From NCBI GenBank assembly GCA_030593885.1, contig JAUVGH010000004.1:13783-77782 (forward strand): a stretch of DNA of 64,000 bases, given 5' to 3'. Positions 58,695 through 64,000 of this stretch are shown here, in pieces. Both the position numbers and the translations under genes were made by a program. The stretch is from Methanomassiliicoccales archaeon (GTDB lineage: Archaea > Thermoplasmatota > Thermoplasmata > RBG-16-68-12 > SOIM01). The notes under the pieces are model-generated. The model had not been told where the DNA came from, did no database searches, and worked only from the letters and a program-made list of their open reading frames with translations. The first letter of the stretch is position 1. Each line of letters begins with the position of its first letter.

Positions 58695-59632
58695 AGCTGG
58701 ATCTGGATGTTCAGCTTCTCAGTGAGCTCTTTGTATCTGTTCCTGATGGTGACCTCTGTCACGCCAGCTACATCGGCGACCTCTCTCTGGGTTCTGCGCT
58801 CGTTGCATGCGATCGACGCTATGTAGATGGCCGCTGCGGCCACACCAGTCGGTCCGCGACCGCTCGTGAGCTCCTTGTCAGTGGCTTCCTTCAGGATCTC
58901 TATCGCCCTTGTCTGCACATCTCCCCCAAGCTTCAGCTCGGAGCAGAATCTGGAAACGTAGTCTTGCGGTTTGGTGGGCATCAGCTTGAGCTTCAGCTCC
59001 CTGGTCATGAACCTGTACGTTCTCCCGATCTCCTTCCTTCCGACCCTGCTGGAATTCGCTATCTCGTCCAATGTCCTGGGTACGTTGCACTGCCTGCAAG
59101 CGGCGTAAAGGGATGCAGCCACGACTCCTTCGATGCTCCTTCCCCTGATGAGGTTCTTGTTGACCGCTTTCCTGTATATCATCGCCGCCGTCTCTCTGAC
59201 ATTTCTGGGCAGGCCCATGCCGCTGGCCATTCTATCCAGTTCGCTCAAGGCAAAAGCCAGATTCCTCTCGGTCGCGTTGGATACTCTGATCCTTCTCTGC
59301 CACTTCCTAAGTCTGTACAGTTGGGCCCTGTTCCTTGTCGGGATGCTCTTCCCGTACGAATCCTTGTTCTTCCACCCAATGGTGGTGGAAAGGCCCTTGT
59401 CGTGGATGGTGTAAGTCATTGGAGCGCCGGTCCTGGCGCGCTTCTCCCCCTGCTCAACGTCAAATGCTCTCCATTCGGGTCCCTGGTCTATCATCTGATC
59501 GTCCAGAACCAGTCCGCACTCCTCGCAGACAAGCTCTCCCCTGTCGTAGTCCTTGGTCAGATGTCCGCTATCGCACTCAGGGCACCTCTCGACGTACTCG
59601 TCCTGTTCGACATTCTTCTTTTTCTTAGGCAT
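58691..59632 (-). CDS. tfb: Transcription initiation factor IIB
   Basis: CPEC...C..CG, GPEWRAF, HDKGLST, cyclin repeats, [12 protein letters not shown]. Confidence 0.98.
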   Translation of the reverse strand: MPKKKKNVEQDEYVERCPECDSGHLTKDYDRGELVCEECGLVLDDQMIDQGPEWRAFDVEQGEKRARTGAPMTYTIHDKGLSTTIGWKNKDSYGKSIPTRNRAQLYRLRKWQRRIRVSNATERNLAFALSELDRMASGMGLPRNVRETAAMIYRKAVNKNLIRGRSIEGVVAASLYAACRQCNVPRTLDEIANSSRVGRKEIGRTYRFMTRELKLKLMPTKPQDYVSRFCSELKLGGDVQTRAIEILKEATDKELTSGRGPTGVAAAAIYIASIACNERRTQREVADVAGVTEVTIRNRYKELTEKLNIQIQL

Positions 59633-59651
59633 TCTCCGTTCCTCCCACTGG

Positions 59652-59876
59652 TCATCCGAGAAACAACTCACTTCCGATCAGGTCCAGAGTTGTTTTCTTC
59701 TCGGACGGCCTTATTGTGACAAAAGGTGCTTTCGTAGGTCCGAAGACTCTGGCGACGGCTCCAACCCTTCTCTTCCTTGGGTCGAGAACGACTTCCCCCC
59801 TCTTCGGGGCGAACTCGGCTCGAACGAGAAGGAGCCCGCTATAGGTAATGTCTGTGATAACACCAAGCCTTCTCAA
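59652..59876 (-). CDS. gar1: H/ACA RNP component Gar1/Naf1
   Basis: RLG, VG.V..VFGP...PFV; canonical position upstream of tfb. Confidence 0.85.
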   Translation of the reverse strand: MRRLGVITDITYSGLLLVRAEFAPKRGEVVLDPRKRRVGAVARVFGPTKAPFVTIRPSEKKTTLDLIGSELFLG

Positions 59877-60030
59877 TACACACCCTTGCCGTTCTGCTCT
59901 ACGAACATAGAACGTTATAGTATTTAAATAAATCGGAAAAGTATATGAGTATGATATGATTTGAGACCGAAAAACCTAAAGTCTTTTGTCCTCCCTCAAC
60001 ATTTAATAACTAGGGAAAGATGGGATTTCA

Positions 60031-60225
60031 ATGCCAGAAAGGTTGCCGCAGCACAAACACTGCATCGCATGCGGGAGGGCGGTCTCGCCCAAAGATGACT
60101 ACTGTTCAGAGTCCTGCGAGCAGGAGCGAACGGACATGCTGGCGAAGAAGAAGAAGCAGCTTCTCATGCTCTACGCCATCAGTGTTGGTGTTGTGGTTGT
60201 GGCGTTCATCTTGGCTATGGTGTGA
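60031..60225 (+). CDS. DUF2116 zinc-ribbon membrane protein
   Basis: QHKHCIACG...YCSESC followed by a TM helix. Confidence 0.85.
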   Translation: MPERLPQHKHCIACGRAVSPKDDYCSESCEQERTDMLAKKKKQLLMLYAISVGVVVVAFILAMV

Positions 60226-60227
60226 AC

Positions 60228-61220
60228 ATGAAGGTGGCCTTCGCCGGAACGTTTGACAGGATCCACAAGGGTCACAGGACGATTTTTGAACAGGCGTTCG
60301 CTTTGGGTGACGAGATACTCATCGGGGTAACATCGGACGACATGGCCAGCAATGCTCGGGGACATTCGGTGAAGCCCATTCAAAAGAGAATGGAGAAGCT
60401 CGAGGCATTCCTTAAGGAGGCTGGATACGAGGGATTCGAGATCGTCGAGATCAGCGACATGTTCGGGCCAGCGATCCACATGCCCACTCTAGATATTCTC
60501 ATCGCATCGGAAGAGACGAGGGAGACGGCCAAGGAGATCAACCGAATGAGGGAACAGAGCGGACTGACACCGCTTGAGATTCATCTCGTCCCACTGGTCT
60601 TGGCCGAGGACAGCTGTCCTGTCAGTTCTACCCGGATAAGGAACGGAGAGATAGACGCGGATGGTAAGCTCCAGAGACCTCTGGTGGTGAACGTCGGCTC
60701 AAAGAACAAGGCAAAGATATGGGCCACCAGGGATGTCTTTCTCAAGGTGTTCAAGAAGGTGGAGATCCACGGTATCGAGGTGGAGGACAAGGGTCCCGAG
60801 AACCCGATGGACGACCAGGTGAAGGAAGGTGCCATAAGCCGCGCGAAGGAGGCCATCGGAAACGCTGATTTCGGTATCGGTATCGAAGGCGGGATGGTGG
60901 AGCTCGACGAGCTCGGTGCGAAGTGCATGGTCCATTACTGCGCCATCGTGGACAAGAGGGGTAATGTCACCCTTGGTCACGGTCCCGGTTTCCATCTCCC
61001 CAAGTCGGTCTCTGACATGGCGATCGAAGGCGTTCCTCTCAGCGAGGTCATGAGGAGATTCCTCAACCTGGACCAGATCGATGAGGAGAAGGGAACGGTC
61101 GGGCATCTCTCCGACGGAAAGACCACTAGAAAGATCCTCGCCGAGCAGGCCGTTCTCATGGCGCTTCTTCCAAGGCTCAGGTCCGACCTGTACCCCGAGC
61201 TGTGGAAACAAAATCCTTAA
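60228..61220 (+). CDS. coaD: Bifunctional phosphopantetheine adenylyltransferase / YjjX-type inosine-xanthosine triphosphatase
   Basis: GTFDRIHKGH, SEET, SSTRIRNGEID; then VGSKN..K, GA..RA, GIEGG, G.LS.G...R. Confidence 0.9.
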   Translation: MKVAFAGTFDRIHKGHRTIFEQAFALGDEILIGVTSDDMASNARGHSVKPIQKRMEKLEAFLKEAGYEGFEIVEISDMFGPAIHMPTLDILIASEETRETAKEINRMREQSGLTPLEIHLVPLVLAEDSCPVSSTRIRNGEIDADGKLQRPLVVNVGSKNKAKIWATRDVFLKVFKKVEIHGIEVEDKGPENPMDDQVKEGAISRAKEAIGNADFGIGIEGGMVELDELGAKCMVHYCAIVDKRGNVTLGHGPGFHLPKSVSDMAIEGVPLSEVMRRFLNLDQIDEEKGTVGHLSDGKTTRKILAEQAVLMALLPRLRSDLYPELWKQNP

Positions 61221-61253
61221 GGTTTGGTTTTCTTCTACCCCTCGGGGATAGGA

Positions 61254-62261
61254 GTGAAGGCAAAGATAGCGGTAAACGGTTACGGAACTATCGGCAAGAG
61301 GGTGACTGACGCCATTAATTCGCAGCCGGACATGGAGGTAGTCGGTGCGACCAAGACCCGACCGACCTTCGAGGCCAAACTGGCGAACCTGAGAGGGGTC
61401 CCACTGTATGCGGCCGCCAAGGAGTTCGTTTCTAGGTTCGAGGACGCTGGACTGGAGATCCAAGGGACGCTGGACGACCTGCTGCCTCAGGCCGACCTGA
61501 TCATCGACTGTACTCCCAAGACAGCAGGTTATAAGGAGACCTATCAGAAAGCAGGAGTGAAGGCGATCTGGCAGGGTGGGGAGAAGCACGATCTCACCGG
61601 CGTTTCCTTCAACTCGATGGCCAACTATAACGACTGTTACGGGGCGCAGTTCGTGAGGGTGGTCTCGTGCAACACCACAGGTCTTCTGAGAACGCTGTAC
61701 CCGCTGTACACCGAATACGGAATAGACAATGTCCTTGCGGTCATGATCAGGAGAAGTGCGGACCCTTGGGATACCCAGAGGGGTCCGATAAACGCCATCG
61801 AACCCGTGCTGAAGGTGCCGTCGCATCACGGTCCGGACGTTCAGAGCGTTGTTCCAGACATCAATATTCAGACGACTGCGGTCAAGGTCCCCACCACCAT
61901 AATGCACATGCACTCGGTCGTCGCCGAACTGAACAAGAAGGTCTCCAGCGATGACGTGATCGACCTTTGGAAGGCGACACCCAGGATCATCTTCGTGTGG
62001 GGCTCCGACGGGATCAGGTCCACCGCCCAGATAATGGAATACGCCAAGGACCTGTGCAGGGAGAGGGGAGACCTGTTCGAGATCGCGGTGTGGGAGGATG
62101 GCGTTCACGTCGTCGGGAAGAAGCTGTACTATTACCAGGCGATTCACCAGGAGTCCGATGTGATCCCGGAGAACGTGGATTGCATAAGAGCGATGCTGGA
62201 ACTGGAAGAGGACAAGTTGAAAAGCATGGAGATGACCGATAAGTACATGGGCGTCTGCTAG
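61254..62261 (+). CDS. gap: Glyceraldehyde-3-phosphate dehydrogenase (archaeal type II)
   Basis: NGYGTIGKRV, QGGEK, RVVSCNTTGL, PSHHGPDV, HQESDVIPENVD. Confidence 0.97.
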   Translation: MKAKIAVNGYGTIGKRVTDAINSQPDMEVVGATKTRPTFEAKLANLRGVPLYAAAKEFVSRFEDAGLEIQGTLDDLLPQADLIIDCTPKTAGYKETYQKAGVKAIWQGGEKHDLTGVSFNSMANYNDCYGAQFVRVVSCNTTGLLRTLYPLYTEYGIDNVLAVMIRRSADPWDTQRGPINAIEPVLKVPSHHGPDVQSVVPDINIQTTAVKVPTTIMHMHSVVAELNKKVSSDDVIDLWKATPRIIFVWGSDGIRSTAQIMEYAKDLCRERGDLFEIAVWEDGVHVVGKKLYYYQAIHQESDVIPENVDCIRAMLELEEDKLKSMEMTDKYMGVC

Positions 62262-62962
62262 TCCTTCCTTTCGATCCTCTCCGCGGCGTCGCTTATCACA
62301 CCCATGAGAGCGTGGAACTCCCATTTTGAAGGCGTAGCCCTTCCCATCAACCTTCGGAACATCATCTTGGTCCTTTCCATCTTGTGCTCGGGATAATTGA
62401 TCGCATCCAGTAGTTTCACGAAGTGTTCCTGCAGTAGCTCCTTCTCATGTCCTGACGCCTCTCTTCTCTCCTTCTTCTCTGCTGTGGGTTTGAACAGCTC
62501 ATAGAGAACGACGCTGACCGCGTGTGACAGGTTGAGGATTGGATAGTCTTCGCTCGAGGGGATTCTGATGAGCATGTCGCACTTCATGAGCTCTGGGTTC
62601 AGCAGCCCGAAATCCTCCCTTCCGAACAACAGTCCGACCTTCCCGTCCATTTCGCCCAGTTTTGCAAACGCCTCATCTGGACCCAGTGCTATCCGTATGA
62701 ACCTCCTGTCCCTTGCCGTGTCCACGCCCGATGTGCCCACCACAAAATCCACTTCCTTCAGAGCCTCCTCCAGCGTATCGACCGTCTTCGCGTTCTTCAG
62801 AATGGAGATCGCCCTCATCGTCCTCTTCTCAGCAACGACGCCGACCTCGCACGGGTTGACCAGGATCAGATCTTCGACCCCGAAGTTCATCATCGCCCTT
62901 GCCACAGCACCAACGTTTCCTTCGTTCTTCGGTTCCGCCAGCACTACCACATATTGAGGCAT
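62258..62962 (-). CDS. trmJ: TrmJ/LasT-family SPOUT tRNA methyltransferase
   Basis: EP..EGNVGAVARAM.NFG, FGREDFGL, YPILNLSHAV. Confidence 0.9.
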   Translation of the reverse strand: MPQYVVVLAEPKNEGNVGAVARAMMNFGVEDLILVNPCEVGVVAEKRTMRAISILKNAKTVDTLEEALKEVDFVVGTSGVDTARDRRFIRIALGPDEAFAKLGEMDGKVGLLFGREDFGLLNPELMKCDMLIRIPSSEDYPILNLSHAVSVVLYELFKPTAEKKERREASGHEKELLQEHFVKLLDAINYPEHKMERTKMMFRRLMGRATPSKWEFHALMGVISDAAERIERKD

Positions 62963-63002
62963 CCAAGTCACCTTATATAGACAGACCATAATCAGGTTTC
63001 CT

Positions 63003-63782
63003 ATGAGGGTCGCCCTCAAGTTCGGCTATGATGGCTCTAGGTTTTGGGGATATCAGAGGCAGCCTGATGTGAGGACGGTGGAGGGGGACATAATCAGGGC
63101 CATGAAGAAGACCCGGATGATCCCTGACGTAGAAGAGAGCAACTTCCAGGGTTCCAGCAGGACGGACAGGGGTGCAAGCGCCGTCGGGAACGTGGTGGCC
63201 ATTGATACGGACTTCAAGAAAATGGAGATTCTGAAAGCACTGAATTCCAATATTGAGGACACATACTTCTGGGGCATTGCGGAAGTTGAAGATACGTTCA
63301 ATCCACGCCACGCCAAACAGAGGTGGTACCGGTATCACTTGGATAGGGACTTGGACCTGGACATGCTGAAGAAGGCTTCGGACCTGTTCTTGGGGGAACA
63401 TGATTTCGGGAGCTTCTGCAAGAAGGACGACAAACCCACTGGTAGGATTGTGGACTCCATCGCCCTTACCAAGAATGAAGAGTTCATCCAGTTCGACATC
63501 AGGGCCCAGAGCTTCCTGTGGCACATGGTCAGGAGGATCGTTTCAACCGTGGTCAAACATGCAGTGGGAGAGATCTCTGGAGAAGATATCGAGAATGCTC
63601 TTGGAGGGGAACAAAGGGACTTCGGTCTCATGCCAGCACATCCCCTGTTCCTGATGGACGTGTCGTACGGTTTCGAGTTCGATGTTGAACTACCAATCGT
63701 TCATCCTGCCTTCTTGGAGGACCACGAAAGGGCACTGTTGAGGACCGAACTTTACAGCATGCTCAAGAAGCGGGCCGAATGA
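63003..63782 (+). CDS. truA: tRNA pseudouridine(38-40) synthase
   Basis: YDGS.F.G.QRQP, SRTDRG, GEHDF, SFLWHMVRRI. Confidence 0.93.
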   Translation: MRVALKFGYDGSRFWGYQRQPDVRTVEGDIIRAMKKTRMIPDVEESNFQGSSRTDRGASAVGNVVAIDTDFKKMEILKALNSNIEDTYFWGIAEVEDTFNPRHAKQRWYRYHLDRDLDLDMLKKASDLFLGEHDFGSFCKKDDKPTGRIVDSIALTKNEEFIQFDIRAQSFLWHMVRRIVSTVVKHAVGEISGEDIENALGGEQRDFGLMPAHPLFLMDVSYGFEFDVELPIVHPAFLEDHERALLRTELYSMLKKRAE

Positions 63783-63846
63783 GCGCCCAGACACTTCTGT
63801 CATTCTCGTCGCAAACCATATATCAAGGTAATCAATGCAATTTTGA

Positions 63847-64000
63847 ATGTTCGTGGCCATATCGGGGACTCCAGGCACAGGCAAGACGGCTGTATGCGAG
63901 AGGTTGAGGGGCGATGGATATCATGTGGTGGACCTCAACAAGCTGGCTTTCGAGACCGATTCGGTTGTGGGCGTCGATTCGGAGAGGGGTGTGGACATTG
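63847..64000 (+). CDS. AK6/Fap7-type adenylate kinase (3'-partial)
   Basis: MFVAISGTPGTGKTAVC...VVDLN; runs off the window end. Confidence 0.8.
   Translation, partial: MFVAISGTPGTGKTAVCERLRGDGYHVVDLNKLAFETDSVVGVDSERGVDI

Noticed and set aside
60228-61220. PPAT-YjjX fusion as a novelty
   Set aside because: This fusion is already known from Thermoplasmata.
57561-62324. Long antisense ORFs 57561-58553 (330 aa) and 60699-62324 (541 aa)
   Set aside because: They lie opposite endA, coaD and gap, have no motifs, and are explained by codon bias.
1-64000. CRISPR array, rRNA, transposase or integrase
   Set aside because: No regularly spaced repeats or corresponding motifs were seen.

Overview
Archaeal chromosomal window. 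Marker genes (TFB, Cdc6/Orc1, PolD DP1, Topo VI A/B, uL16/L10e, Gar1, tRNA-splicing endonuclease, archaeal GAPDH, Dph2, archease) and the Cdc6-S26-DP1 and PPAT-YjjX arrangements suggest a Thermoplasmata-like lineage (inference). The first 13 kb holds two tandem paralogous giant beta-helix surface proteins that are almost free of lysine. Most of the rest is densely packed housekeeping genes: preQ0/archaeosine genes queDCE, NAD and CoA enzymes, a haloarchaeal-type phosphomevalonate decarboxylase and valS. Small accessory patches interrupt these. The richest follows tRNA-Arg(GCG) at about 24.5-29.5 kb: a NosD-type surface protein, a tRNA-like 3' fragment, a HEPN-MNT pair bracketed by two direct copies of a four-box TTCTGTTA/TAACAGAA site, a candidate structured RNA and an orphan membrane protein. 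A 1293-aa pilin-like adhesin appears to have a nested domain-in-domain architecture. I saw no CRISPR array, rRNA, transposase, integrase or reverse transcriptase. All calls come from reading motifs by eye; no database search was run.
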